Shown: in pieces, positions 17,196 to 27,160 of the stretch
Numbering within the stretch: the stretch's first letter is position 1
Layout of the letters: each line of letters opens with the position of its first letter
From: a virus
Lineage: Duplodnaviria > Caudoviricetes
DNA length: 37,836 nucleotides
Direction: 5' to 3' (one strand)
IMG/VR virus record: IMGVR_UViG_3300005058_000014
Location: 1 to 37,836 of that record
Notes under the pieces: generated by a model
What the model saw: only the letters and a program-made list of their open reading frames with translations
What the model was told of the DNA's origin: nothing
Database searches by the model: none
Position numbers and translations under genes: made by a program

Positions 17196-18457
17196 AAAAA
17201 TACGATTCATACAAAGATTCAGGCATTGAATGGATAGGGGAAATACCCGAGCATTGGACTATTGCAACCATAGGTAGATTAACTAACCTTGGAAGAGGCA
17301 GAGTGATCAGTGCAATAGAAATAGCCGAGAATGAGGGCGAGTTTCCCGTTTATAGTTCTCAAACAGAGAATAATGGCATTATGGGTTGTCTTAATTCATT
17401 TGATTTTGAAGGTGAGTATGTAACCTGGACGACTGACGGAGCAAACGCAGGAACTGTTTTCTACAGAGAAGGAAAGTTCAATTGCACTAATGTTTGTGGA
17501 ACGATCCAACCAAAAAACTGGGAGCAAATTGAATTAAAGTTTCTTCCTTATTATTTGAATTTGGGAACTAAGTTTTCTGTAAGACTTGATATCAATCCAA
17601 AGTTGATGAATAACATGATGGCTAAAATTCCATTAGTTATTCCACCAAAAACAGAACAAACCGCCATTGCCGCCTACCTCGACCGCAAAACAGCCGAGAT
17701 AGACGAACTGATAGCCGACAAAAAACGCCTGCTCGAATTCTACGAAGAAGAAAAAACCGCCATCATCAACCAAGCCGTTACCAAAGGTATCAACCCTGAT
17801 GTGCCTATGAAAGATTCAGGCATTGAATGGTTGGGGGAAATTCCGGAGCATTGGGACTTAAAAAAAATTGGACATTGTGGCAAAATTGTTAGAGGTGGCA
17901 GTCCAAGACCTACAGGAGACCCAAGATATTTTTTTGGCGACTATATCCATTGGATAACAGTTAAAGAAGTTACCAATGCAGTTGGGAAATATGTTGTAGG
18001 CACAGAAGAATATCTAACAGAAGAAGGCAGTAAAAATAGTAGAATAATTGAACCCGAAACTCTTCTACTGTCAAATAGTGGCGCAACACTTGGCGTTCCT
18101 AAAATCTCAAAGATTAGAGGTTGTATAAATGATGGCTCGGTAGCATTTCCAGAACTAAAACCATTTTTAAATAGAGATTATTTGTATTACTTCTTTGTAA
18201 GTCATACAGATATCTACAGGGAACAAATGGCTGGTAATGGTCAACCTAACTTAAATACTGAAATAATCAAATCTACTTTTATCCCAATCCCTTCGACAAT
18301 AGAAGAACAGCTTGCAATTGTTGAATTTATTGAAAGCGAAACTGAAAAAGTATCTTCTAAAAAAGACAAAACCGAAAAACTGATTGAATTATTAACTGAG
18401 TACCGCACCGCCCTCATCAGCGAAGTGGTAACGGGAAAAATAAAAGTAACTGAATAA
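17192..18457 (+). CDS. hsdS: Type I restriction-modification specificity subunit S (two TRDs)
   Basis: Two KDSGIEW.GEIPEHW conserved repeats, PP..EQ.AI helices, ALISEVVTGK C-terminus. Confidence 0.96.
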   Translation: MKKYDSYKDSGIEWIGEIPEHWTIATIGRLTNLGRGRVISAIEIAENEGEFPVYSSQTENNGIMGCLNSFDFEGEYVTWTTDGANAGTVFYREGKFNCTNVCGTIQPKNWEQIELKFLPYYLNLGTKFSVRLDINPKLMNNMMAKIPLVIPPKTEQTAIAAYLDRKTAEIDELIADKKRLLEFYEEEKTAIINQAVTKGINPDVPMKDSGIEWLGEIPEHWDLKKIGHCGKIVRGGSPRPTGDPRYFFGDYIHWITVKEVTNAVGKYVVGTEEYLTEEGSKNSRIIEPETLLLSNSGATLGVPKISKIRGCINDGSVAFPELKPFLNRDYLYYFFVSHTDIYREQMAGNGQPNLNTEIIKSTFIPIPSTIEEQLAIVEFIESETEKVSSKKDKTEKLIELLTEYRTALISEVVTGKIKVTE

Positions 18458-18460
18458 GCC

Positions 18461-19489
18461 ATGACACTTTGTACAGCATACATACGCCAAGCCAACGATA
18501 CCGAAGAATTGGTATTTGCTACGGACAGTTGCCTTACAGGTGGCGAAAAATGGAAGCATGGTATTAAACTTTTTGAACTGCCGAGAAAGGACTGTTTGCT
18601 TTGTTTTGCTGGCGATACCATGCGGGCTTATCCTTTGGTGCTGAATTTGGTTTCTTCTATTCATTTGGATAAATACCTACAATCGCCTTCGTCAACGCTG
18701 GAAGAGGTTTTAGAATTCCTATCCGAACTCTTTACAAAGTTGGTAAAAACCATTACCGAAGTAGATAAAGCAAGAATCCACTTGGAAAGAGGTTCAGCCG
18801 AGTTTCTTTTTGGTGGTTGGGATTGGCAGAAAGGGGCAAATGGAGCGTTTAGAGTTTGGAAGCTGTACTATTCAGAAGGCGTAGAAGGTTTCATCTTTGA
18901 TGAATTGACCAATTCAAGCAGTCAAACCATCTTTTACACGTTCATGGGCAATGCAAGCTCATTTGGTGATATTGAAAAAGAAGCCAAAGACCGTTTCAAG
19001 AAACTGCTATCTGACGAAGATAAAATCGGGTCAAAACTTGACATGGAACCGCTTCGCATTTTATGCGGAATTTCACTTGACAAAGCTATTCGGGAAGTTG
19101 ACGGCAGTCTGCAAATCGCCAAAGTGTATAAATCCAATCGCACAGAATTTTTCGGCATTTATTGGGAATCCAGCAAAGGAAAACCCTGCTTTCAAGGCCG
19201 AGAGTACAATGAAATCAATAAACCATTGGTCAGGTATTTTAATCCCGACACATTCGAGATTATAGAATCAGATTTACCCAACAAACTATACAACATTAGC
19301 GAAGATGTTTATTTAGACAATTATGAGTTTGTGCAATCGTGTTTTGATGAATCAGGTTTCATCAAGGAAAATCTATCGGAAAAAACCAAACACGAATTGA
19401 GGTTAATTTTTAAAGATGTTGCTTACCGCCAATTTCTTATCAGTCAAGAGACAGAACAAGAGCAACTCGCAAAAAGTGAAGAAGCATGA
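18461..19489 (+). CDS. Putative proteasome-beta-like Ntn-hydrolase inserted in the hsd operon
   Basis: M-T start (Thr1), VFATDS (Asp17 region), IKLF (Lys33), CFAGD (Gly47), LFGGWD, FMGN, and D....VDGSLQI follow the order of proteasome beta-subunit motifs. Confidence 0.65.
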   Translation: MTLCTAYIRQANDTEELVFATDSCLTGGEKWKHGIKLFELPRKDCLLCFAGDTMRAYPLVLNLVSSIHLDKYLQSPSSTLEEVLEFLSELFTKLVKTITEVDKARIHLERGSAEFLFGGWDWQKGANGAFRVWKLYYSEGVEGFIFDELTNSSSQTIFYTFMGNASSFGDIEKEAKDRFKKLLSDEDKIGSKLDMEPLRILCGISLDKAIREVDGSLQIAKVYKSNRTEFFGIYWESSKGKPCFQGREYNEINKPLVRYFNPDTFEIIESDLPNKLYNISEDVYLDNYEFVQSCFDESGFIKENLSEKTKHELRLIFKDVAYRQFLISQETEQEQLAKSEEA

Positions 19490-22473
19490 GTATTACAACT
19501 GAAAATACATTTGAAACTGCCTTGGTGCAATCGCTAACAGAACAAGGCGGCTACGCAGAAGGCAATTCCCCAGATTACAGCCCTGAGTTGGGCATGTTCA
19601 AATATGAAGTGATTAAATTTTTACAAGAATCACAGCCTAAGAGATGGGAAAAGATTTCTGCCATACATGGTGCAGATGCTGACAATCGGGTGATTCAAAG
19701 GCTTTACAAAGAATTGGACTTGCGTGGCAGTTTGGATGTGCTTCGCAATGGTTTTGTGGATTATGGTGTGCGTTTTCAAATGGCGTTTTTTCAACCCGCT
19801 TCAGGCTTAAATCCTGATGCGGTGGATTTGTACAACAAAAACAATTTGAAAGTATATCGCCAAATCTATTACAGCACCAAAAACAGAAATTCGGTTGATG
19901 TTTTACTTTCTCTGAATGGTATTCCAGTCGCCACGCTTGAACTTAAAAACCAGTTTACAGGTCAGAACGTGGGCAATGCCTTAAAGCAATACAGCACCAC
20001 AAGAGACAATCGAGAAATCCTTTTTGCATTCAAGAAAAGATGTTTGGTTCACTTTGCCGTTGACCAAGACGAAGTATTTATGTGTACCAAATTAGACGGA
20101 TGCAAAACCTATTGGCTACCATTCAACAAAGGTGCAAACAACGGTAAAGGCAATCCGCAAAATCCTAACGGTTACCGAACCGCTTATTTATGGGAGAACA
20201 TTTTGCAAAAGGACAGTTGGATGGAAATCATTCAACGATTCGTTCATTTACAAACCGAAGAAATTGAAGTTGAAGGCAAAATCTACAAGAAAGAAAAACT
20301 GATTTTCCCTAGATACCATCAACTGGATGCCGTTCGGGATATCAGCAAAAAGGTGTTGGAAGTTGGCACAGGTAAAAACTATTTAATTCAACATTCGGCA
20401 GGTTCGGGTAAGAGTAATTCCATTGCTTGGTTAGCTTATCGTTTATCGAGTTTGCACAACTCAGCAGATGAAAGAATTTTTGATTCCGTGATTGTCGTTA
20501 CCGACAGAAAAGTACTTGACCAACAATTACAAAACACGATTTACCAATTTGAACATAAAACAGGTGTAGTTCAAAAAATAGACAAAGACAGTACACAATT
20601 GGCTTCTGCTTTGGGTTATGGTACAAACATTATCATCACAACCTTGCAGAAATTTCCATTTATTGTTGACAAAGTTGGTGAATTGCCAGAAAGAAAATAT
20701 GCTGTAATCATAGATGAAGCTCACAGCTCGCAAGGTGGCGAAGCAAGTAAAAAACTCAAAGAAGTTTTGGCTTCAAAATCATTGGATGATGCTGCAATAG
20801 ATGATTTGGAAGAAGACTACACAGGAGATGATTTCGTAAGAGAGCAAATTGAAAGGTCGGCAGCAGCAAGAGGTCAACAACCAAATATTTCTTTCTTTGC
20901 ATTTACAGCAACACCAAAATATAAAACATTACAAGTTTTTGGAGATAAAGACGAAAATGGAAAACCAAAACCGTTTCACTTGTATTCCATGCGTCAAGCT
21001 ATTGAGGAAGGTTTCATTTTGGATGTATTGCAAAACTACACAACTTATGAACTGTACTTCAAATTGACAAAAGCAATTGAGGAAGATCCCAATCTGAATA
21101 AGAAAAAAGCTGCCAAAGCCATTGGTAAGTTTGTTTCTCTGCATCCGCACAATTTGGCACAGAAAACGGTAATCATTATTGAGCATTTCAGGAATATTGT
21201 TTCTAAGAAAATCGGTGGCAGGGCAAAAGCCATGTTGGTTTGTGGTTCAAGATTGCACGCCAAGCGGTATTATGAAGAATTTGGCAGATATATAAAAACC
21301 AAAGGTTATCAAAACGAAATCAAAATATTGGTTGCTTTTTCGGGTAAAGTTATTGACGACAATGCACCTGATGGCGTTTCAGAACCTGAAATGACTGGCT
21401 ACAGCGAAAAAGAGCTACCAACAATTTTTGATAGAGACGAATATAAAATCTTGATTGTTGCCGATAAGTATCAAACAGGTTTTGACCAACCGTTACTGCA
21501 TACCATGTATGTAGATAAAAAGTTATCAGGCGTTAAAGCTGTACAAACGCTTTCTCGGCTGAATAGGATGCACCCAGGCAAGGTAGATACTTTTGTTTTG
21601 GATTTTGCAAACGACAGACAAACGATTTTAGATTCTTTTCAACCTTACTATGAAATTACATCTGTAACAGAAGAAACAGACATCAACCACTTGTATGACC
21701 TAAAAGCAAGGTTAGACGAATTTCAAGTGTATTGGACACAAGAAATAGAAGCCTTTGCCAATGTTTATTTTGACCCAAAGACAAAGCTGAACAACCCAAA
21801 GCATCAAAAACATTTGTACGCTTTCACAGACCCAGCGGTTGACAGATTTAAAGCCATTGCAGAAGAAGAAAAGCAAGACGAGTTTAAAAAGGGTTTACGT
21901 ACATGGACAAACTTATATGCTTTCCTTTCTCAAATCATGCCATTTATTGATTCTGAATATGAAAAGTTTTATGCGTATGCTAAACTACTTCAAACCAGAC
22001 TTCCAAAACGGGATTTATCTGAATCATTACATTTAGATGATGAAGTGGCTTTGGAATATTACAGATTACAAAAGATAAAAGAAGGTTCAATCGAATTGCA
22101 AAAAGGAGAAGAAGGCGAATTGAGTGGAACAACAGAAGCGGGTCTAAAACGTGCCAAAGACGAAGAAGCTCTACTTTCTGAAATCATCAACGTGCTTAAT
22201 GACCGTTTCGGGACAGAATTTGAAGAAGCAGATAAGCTATTCTTTGACCAAATAGAAGCTGAATTGATGGAAGATGAAACCTTGCAGACCCAAGCAAGAG
22301 TAAATAAAATCGACACTTTTAAATTCGCTTTCAACGACAAGTTTATTGACAAACTCATTGGACGCATGGACCAAAACCAAGAAATCTTTGAAAAAATATT
22401 GGAGGACAAAGTTTTTGGCGACTTAGTGAAGGAGCTTATGATGAAGAAAATCTATAAAAAACTTAACGAATAA
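19486..22473 (+). CDS. hsdR: Type I restriction endonuclease subunit R
   Basis: DV.L.LNGIPVATLELKN nuclease motif, HSAGSGKS, DEAH, FTATP, QTGFD, QTLSRLNR. Confidence 0.97.
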   Translation: MSITTENTFETALVQSLTEQGGYAEGNSPDYSPELGMFKYEVIKFLQESQPKRWEKISAIHGADADNRVIQRLYKELDLRGSLDVLRNGFVDYGVRFQMAFFQPASGLNPDAVDLYNKNNLKVYRQIYYSTKNRNSVDVLLSLNGIPVATLELKNQFTGQNVGNALKQYSTTRDNREILFAFKKRCLVHFAVDQDEVFMCTKLDGCKTYWLPFNKGANNGKGNPQNPNGYRTAYLWENILQKDSWMEIIQRFVHLQTEEIEVEGKIYKKEKLIFPRYHQLDAVRDISKKVLEVGTGKNYLIQHSAGSGKSNSIAWLAYRLSSLHNSADERIFDSVIVVTDRKVLDQQLQNTIYQFEHKTGVVQKIDKDSTQLASALGYGTNIIITTLQKFPFIVDKVGELPERKYAVIIDEAHSSQGGEASKKLKEVLASKSLDDAAIDDLEEDYTGDDFVREQIERSAAARGQQPNISFFAFTATPKYKTLQVFGDKDENGKPKPFHLYSMRQAIEEGFILDVLQNYTTYELYFKLTKAIEEDPNLNKKKAAKAIGKFVSLHPHNLAQKTVIIIEHFRNIVSKKIGGRAKAMLVCGSRLHAKRYYEEFGRYIKTKGYQNEIKILVAFSGKVIDDNAPDGVSEPEMTGYSEKELPTIFDRDEYKILIVADKYQTGFDQPLLHTMYVDKKLSGVKAVQTLSRLNRMHPGKVDTFVLDFANDRQTILDSFQPYYEITSVTEETDINHLYDLKARLDEFQVYWTQEIEAFANVYFDPKTKLNNPKHQKHLYAFTDPAVDRFKAIAEEEKQDEFKKGLRTWTNLYAFLSQIMPFIDSEYEKFYAYAKLLQTRLPKRDLSESLHLDDEVALEYYRLQKIKEGSIELQKGEEGELSGTTEAGLKRAKDEEALLSEIINVLNDRFGTEFEEADKLFFDQIEAELMEDETLQTQARVNKIDTFKFAFNDKFIDKLIGRMDQNQEIFEKILEDKVFGDLVKELMMKKIYKKLNE

Positions 22474-22645
22474 TGCCAACGCTCAACCCATGCCTTGGCA
22501 ATGCCTAGGGTCAGTCTTTTTGTCCATTTTATTGTTATTCTAGTTATTTTGCATATTTAACTGTTTGCAGTCATTTTGAGGAATAATTCGAAAATTCTAT
22601 TTAAAACTATCTTTGATTAGTTTAGTTTCTTGATCAAGGAGGTTA

Positions 22646-22957
22646 TTAAAATCGATGCAGTTTTTTATTTCTATTTGCAGTATAGTTTATTGAGCCGGAG
22701 AGTCCGGCGTCTCCTCCTCTTCTTCTCAATATGTTTATGGGTGTAAGATTGTGCTTTTCCCTAAAAGCAACGGTTGACGGTGCAAGAGGCATCCATGAAG
22801 TACCTCTTTGGAAATATGCACCTTCAACGTCAAAGTTTGAAGCAACTGCTTCTTTAAGTATTTTCCCGACACTGTTGTAAAACGGAGAATGGTCGGCATT
22901 TCGCAAAACATTTGCTAAGTCAAACCTAATGTCATCCAATTCAAATTCTATGTTCAT
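22646..22957 (-). pseudogene. Mu gpG-like virion morphogenesis protein, C-terminally truncated
   Basis: NF..EG.....W.PLAPST......IL......L..SI.Y motif is present, but the usual downstream 'GTN..YA..HQ.G...IPARPFL' part is absent. Abuts the RM cassette. Confidence 0.6.
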
Positions 22958-23628
22958 GCAATCTTTTCCTTAAGCTCTTTGGGAAATTTTGAGAGGTCAG
23001 GATTGTATTTTTCTGATGGCAGTTTTCTAAATTCCTTATGGTTAAGATATTGCTCAGGAATCTCGTCAATATCTTTAACGATATATCCCATCCTTTCTTT
23101 CTGCTTTTCGGTTATTGAGACATAGTAAGTACGGCAATGGAAGTGCCTTGGTGAGTACATTTTATTGAGATTAGGGTCATCAATTCTGAAAGCATAATTC
23201 TGTTTGCCGAGCCAGTCACAAATCTTAGTCGTTTTTCTGTCATTCAGAGTGACAGGCCTCACATAAGGGAAACCTTCAGTATCATCAATTTGTTGATAAT
23301 ACCTCCCGGCATTATAAGCATTTGAAATATTTTGAGTAACCACCAAATCAGCGTGCCAGCCCCTAAGATCAAGTCCGAATTTAAGAGAATCTTTAAAAAC
23401 TTTAAGGTCTGTACCTTTTGAAATTGCCTCTTCAATTAATTCTTTTGCATCCATGAGGTGATTAGCATTGTTGATACCGGCAATTTTGAAAGCATCTTTA
23501 CCGAACTTTTCAAAATAATCATCCCAATCATCAGAGAGAACCACACCTAAAGACTTAAAATACTCAATGATATCTTCGGGTTTTTTGTCGAACGCTGCTT
23601 TTAATTCATCAAGAGTAATTTTTGCCAT
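22954..23628 (-). CDS. Phage head morphogenesis protein (Mu gpF / SPP1 gp7 family)
   Basis: AF.IAG, QNISNAYNAGRY.Q, D..T..IC, PRHFHCRT. Confidence 0.85.
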   Translation of the reverse strand: MAKITLDELKAAFDKKPEDIIEYFKSLGVVLSDDWDDYFEKFGKDAFKIAGINNANHLMDAKELIEEAISKGTDLKVFKDSLKFGLDLRGWHADLVVTQNISNAYNAGRYYQQIDDTEGFPYVRPVTLNDRKTTKICDWLGKQNYAFRIDDPNLNKMYSPRHFHCRTYYVSITEKQKERMGYIVKDIDEIPEQYLNHKEFRKLPSEKYNPDLSKFPKELKEKIA

Positions 23629-23629
23629 T

Positions 23630-25201
23630 TTAATCACCCTCTTTTTGTTGATTGTAACCGTAAATTGCAATAATGAGCATGAGTTTTTTTACAATGGATT
23701 CTTTATTTTCAATATCAATTTCATCATAAATATCATAAAGGTGGTCGAGCATATCCTGATAGTCGTCATAATTATTTAGTTCCTTGACAATGGTTTCTAT
23801 TGTAGAGTCTTTTACATCTTTAAAGTCTTTGTGGTTAAGAACGAAATCAGAAAATTCCTGAATCAAATCCGTTTCATCTTCCTTATTCTCTGCAAAAAAA
23901 TTATTCGACTGATGCTGATTAACAATACTTAAAGGGATAAACCTTGCATTATCCTCGACATCTTCTGTTCCTTGCGGCTTATCTACTTCGATAGTGGCAG
24001 GCATTGGCTCTTGATTTATATTTTCGAGAGTAAAGTACTTTTTGTCGATATTGAACTCATCTTCAAAGTAATCTTCATTAAATTTTACACCGATAGCACT
24101 TAGTTCTTTCACTAAAAGAGCTTTTTTAGTATATACCTCGAGATCATCTTTTTCATAAAACCTTATTTGGCAGGGCTCATTGGAATTGAAGTTTAGTTCA
24201 TGCTGCCATTTTAGAAGTTCGTTAAGATGATAAGTAAGGAATTCAGTATAAGATTCAATTCTATCTGTCTTTGCTGATTTCGCCATCTGTTCATTTCCAA
24301 GTTTCCCGGGAGTAGCACTTGAGGCAGATTCATGGCCAAGTATCAAAGCATTGATTTCTGTTTTTGAATGTTGGATGAGCGAGCTGAAAATTTCTGCTGA
24401 TGTAGTACCACCGCTTGGGATTGAATTGATATTAGTACCTTCGGGATGAACAATGATTTTCCTTCCACGCATTGACTCAATTTGTTGGTAGAAGTATGAG
24501 ACGAAATCTTCAGGACTCATCTGGAACATACTGGCTGCTGCTTGAGTAAATGATCCCATAACACCCGGTGAACCATAATCTTCAGCATAGATAGTCCAAA
24601 AGTCAAAGATATTATTTTTTATGAATACATGTTTATAGCAATTCAGGAATAGTCCTGTACCATAAGGATTTTGGTATGTAGAATCATACACAGGCATGAG
24701 AAATCTATACGGCTCAGGCTCAACTCCGTTATTAGATATTGAAGTAATGACTTTAACATTTCTGTCACCATCAAAAACTATTGAATCATGTGGAAGCTCG
24801 ATAACCTTATCAATAAGATACTTCCCATTTAGATTTTGCCAAACAATATTCAGAGGTTGATAACCATAGAAGATAGCATAAATTATCTTCTTGACGATAT
24901 TGTTTCGCATCAGCTTTTCCATTGTTTGGTAAGCCATGTCAACTTCAGCATCGGTGGAGTCGAGCTTCATTATTTCCCATTCCAAAGAACCGATCCCTTC
25001 GAAGATAGTATTAACAGCACCACGAACAGTCGCGTCGGAGGCTGTTTCAGAAAATACTTTCTTTGTTCCGTGTTCCTTCAGAAGTTTGGATGGGTTTGGG
25101 AGTATTGAAAGGAAGCTATTATAAAAATCCTCAAAAGTATTTATCTTTTCAGTCAGGTAAACACCTTTTTGAGCTGCATTAAAGAATTTCTTATTATTCA
25201 T
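23630..25201 (-). CDS. Portal protein, DUF935 (Mu gp29-like) family
   Basis: AIFYGY...IVW, NPYG.GL, W..YAE.YGSP, I...ILG motifs. Lies between TerL and gpF. Confidence 0.85.
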   Translation of the reverse strand: MNNKKFFNAAQKGVYLTEKINTFEDFYNSFLSILPNPSKLLKEHGTKKVFSETASDATVRGAVNTIFEGIGSLEWEIMKLDSTDAEVDMAYQTMEKLMRNNIVKKIIYAIFYGYQPLNIVWQNLNGKYLIDKVIELPHDSIVFDGDRNVKVITSISNNGVEPEPYRFLMPVYDSTYQNPYGTGLFLNCYKHVFIKNNIFDFWTIYAEDYGSPGVMGSFTQAAASMFQMSPEDFVSYFYQQIESMRGRKIIVHPEGTNINSIPSGGTTSAEIFSSLIQHSKTEINALILGHESASSATPGKLGNEQMAKSAKTDRIESYTEFLTYHLNELLKWQHELNFNSNEPCQIRFYEKDDLEVYTKKALLVKELSAIGVKFNEDYFEDEFNIDKKYFTLENINQEPMPATIEVDKPQGTEDVEDNARFIPLSIVNQHQSNNFFAENKEDETDLIQEFSDFVLNHKDFKDVKDSTIETIVKELNNYDDYQDMLDHLYDIYDEIDIENKESIVKKLMLIIAIYGYNQQKEGD

Positions 25202-25209
25202 GATATTAC

Positions 25210-26418
25210 CTATATTGATTTTAATGTATTTCTTAAGGAAGTATCCGTAATACTCTGGAATTTTGATGGAAATGCTGATTTAGCGCTGATCCAGTATTTA
25301 ATTCCATGAGTAAAAGTAGCGTATCTAAGAGCATCAAGAAGGTGGTCGTTGAATTTAACAGGTTCGTCGAGAACACGACCATTTTTATCTTCCTTCCACT
25401 TATATGATTTGAGTTCTTTGTGCAGATTGCTGCTATTCTTGTGTGTTATCAATCTAAATCTCTTAACAAAGTCAATACCTGACTTAACGCTCTTATCTGC
25501 AGGATGAATATTAAATCCTGCCCTGTAAATTTCTTCAATCCTTTGAGGTTCAGCAGCATCTGCGTAGATAAATTTGTGCCCGATGTTGAAACTTTTTATA
25601 AGAGTAATCAAATCAGAATTTGTTAACTGACTCTTATAAAGCAACTCTTCAACATAAAGATTTTGGTCAACCTTTTGAATTTTTACAAGTGCAGTTTGGT
25701 TATTGAATCCAAAGTCAAGTCCATAGATTGATTCTGCGCTGATGTTGAAATATTCATTATAAAATGTTGGATAAATAAGGTTACTTGCTTTGGCTATCTC
25801 TCCAAGTCCATATATTCTCCAATAGTCGTTATCCTCATCTTTCAGTCTCTCGATTTCATCTATCTGCTCTGGTGGTAGATAATCGTAATTGTCGAGATAG
25901 GTTGACTTAATGAATTTGACATCATCTCTTGTAAGAACAGAATCATAAATCCAGTGAAACTCTTCAGATGGATTATAATCAATAAATACTTTCCCGCGTG
26001 TTCTCAGAAGAAGCTGCTTCCATTCATCATAAGTAAGGAGATTCGCTTCATTGATGAATAATATATCTCTCGAAGTACCTCTTAGTTTATCACCATTGTC
26101 CGCAGAAAAGAACTCCAGATATGTTTCTTTAGAAAACCTGTAAATCAAATCTGTTTTGTTGAAGTTCTTATCCTGGTACACCCTGATATCTTGCATTATA
26201 CTCTCGAAATCACGCTTAGCACCTTTTTTGATGTGAGGCAAAGTATGGCTTACTACAGATATTTCGGTCCTTTTTTTAGCATTGAGCCCTATGGTACAAA
26301 GTAGCTGCATAATAGAGTATGTTTTTCCTGATCTGGTACCACCCTGATTGACAATAATTTTGACCTTATCATCCAGGTATGCTTCCCAATTAGCAAGGAA
26401 AACAGGTGACACATTCAT
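25210..26418 (-). CDS. terL: Terminase large subunit, PBSX/Terminase_3 family
   Basis: QGGTRSGKT Walker A, FINEA Walker B, DYNP, STYLDN, YGLDFG, DHLLDALRY nuclease motifs. Confidence 0.93.
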   Translation of the reverse strand: MNVSPVFLANWEAYLDDKVKIIVNQGGTRSGKTYSIMQLLCTIGLNAKKRTEISVVSHTLPHIKKGAKRDFESIMQDIRVYQDKNFNKTDLIYRFSKETYLEFFSADNGDKLRGTSRDILFINEANLLTYDEWKQLLLRTRGKVFIDYNPSEEFHWIYDSVLTRDDVKFIKSTYLDNYDYLPPEQIDEIERLKDEDNDYWRIYGLGEIAKASNLIYPTFYNEYFNISAESIYGLDFGFNNQTALVKIQKVDQNLYVEELLYKSQLTNSDLITLIKSFNIGHKFIYADAAEPQRIEEIYRAGFNIHPADKSVKSGIDFVKRFRLITHKNSSNLHKELKSYKWKEDKNGRVLDEPVKFNDHLLDALRYATFTHGIKYWISAKSAFPSKFQSITDTSLRNTLKSI

Positions 26419-26425
26419 TTGGATA

Positions 26426-27160
26426 TCAGAGATTATTTTCGTACTCCTTCAATATAGTTGACTGACTTCCATTTACCACTATCTTAATGTCAGGCTTTAG
26501 TTGCTCTCCGCCTGTAGTAATATCACTGCTTGATATGTTTGTTGGTTCTCCTCTGCTCTTTCTTTCCATATCAGCCAACACACTCATTAGCGGTGCTGAT
26601 TTATATACAAGATTCATAAGCTGAGAAAGAGTCATTTTTTCGATGTCTGACTCAGATATTGCTTTAAGGTCAGAGTCCGAAAGCAGAGGATTTTTCTTCA
26701 AGTTTTCAATTTTAGAATATTTCCTGATGAATTCCATAACCGGAACATAGACAGACTGCATAGTATTTTTTGCATATTCAGCGTGTCTTGTTGCCATTTC
26801 TTTAACATTCTTTTTTGTTTCTTCAAGATATATAGCATCAAGATACTTTTGGTAAGCAATGATCCTTTCTGTCCATCTCCACTTATAGCTCCAGTTCTGA
26901 ACAACTTGATATTTCCCCCTATATTTATCCGGTGTCGAAAGTTGCCGAGCCACAGCAGACATGGTTCTGGTAATTCCCATATCTCTGAACAATTTGAAAG
27001 CTTCCCAACTTTGCAATGTCTCTTCTTCCTGACGCTCCCATTCAGGAGGTATCAGGTCTTTTTTCTGATGATACCTTTCTTGCTTGAGCTTATATTTCTC
27101 ATTGGTAGAAAGGAATTTTTCATCATCATACTCCTCTTTATTCTTTTTTTTATAGGGCAT
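26426..27160 (-). CDS. Probable terminase small subunit
   Basis: WERQ..ET...WEAF..FRDMG..R....VAR...WS.KW.W.ER..AY HTH family, directly upstream of TerL. DITTGGE-like C-terminus. Confidence 0.7.
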   Translation of the reverse strand: MPYKKKNKEEYDDEKFLSTNEKYKLKQERYHQKKDLIPPEWERQEEETLQSWEAFKLFRDMGITRTMSAVARQLSTPDKYRGKYQVVQNWSYKWRWTERIIAYQKYLDAIYLEETKKNVKEMATRHAEYAKNTMQSVYVPVMEFIRKYSKIENLKKNPLLSDSDLKAISESDIEKMTLSQLMNLVYKSAPLMSVLADMERKSRGEPTNISSSDITTGGEQLKPDIKIVVNGSQSTILKEYENNL

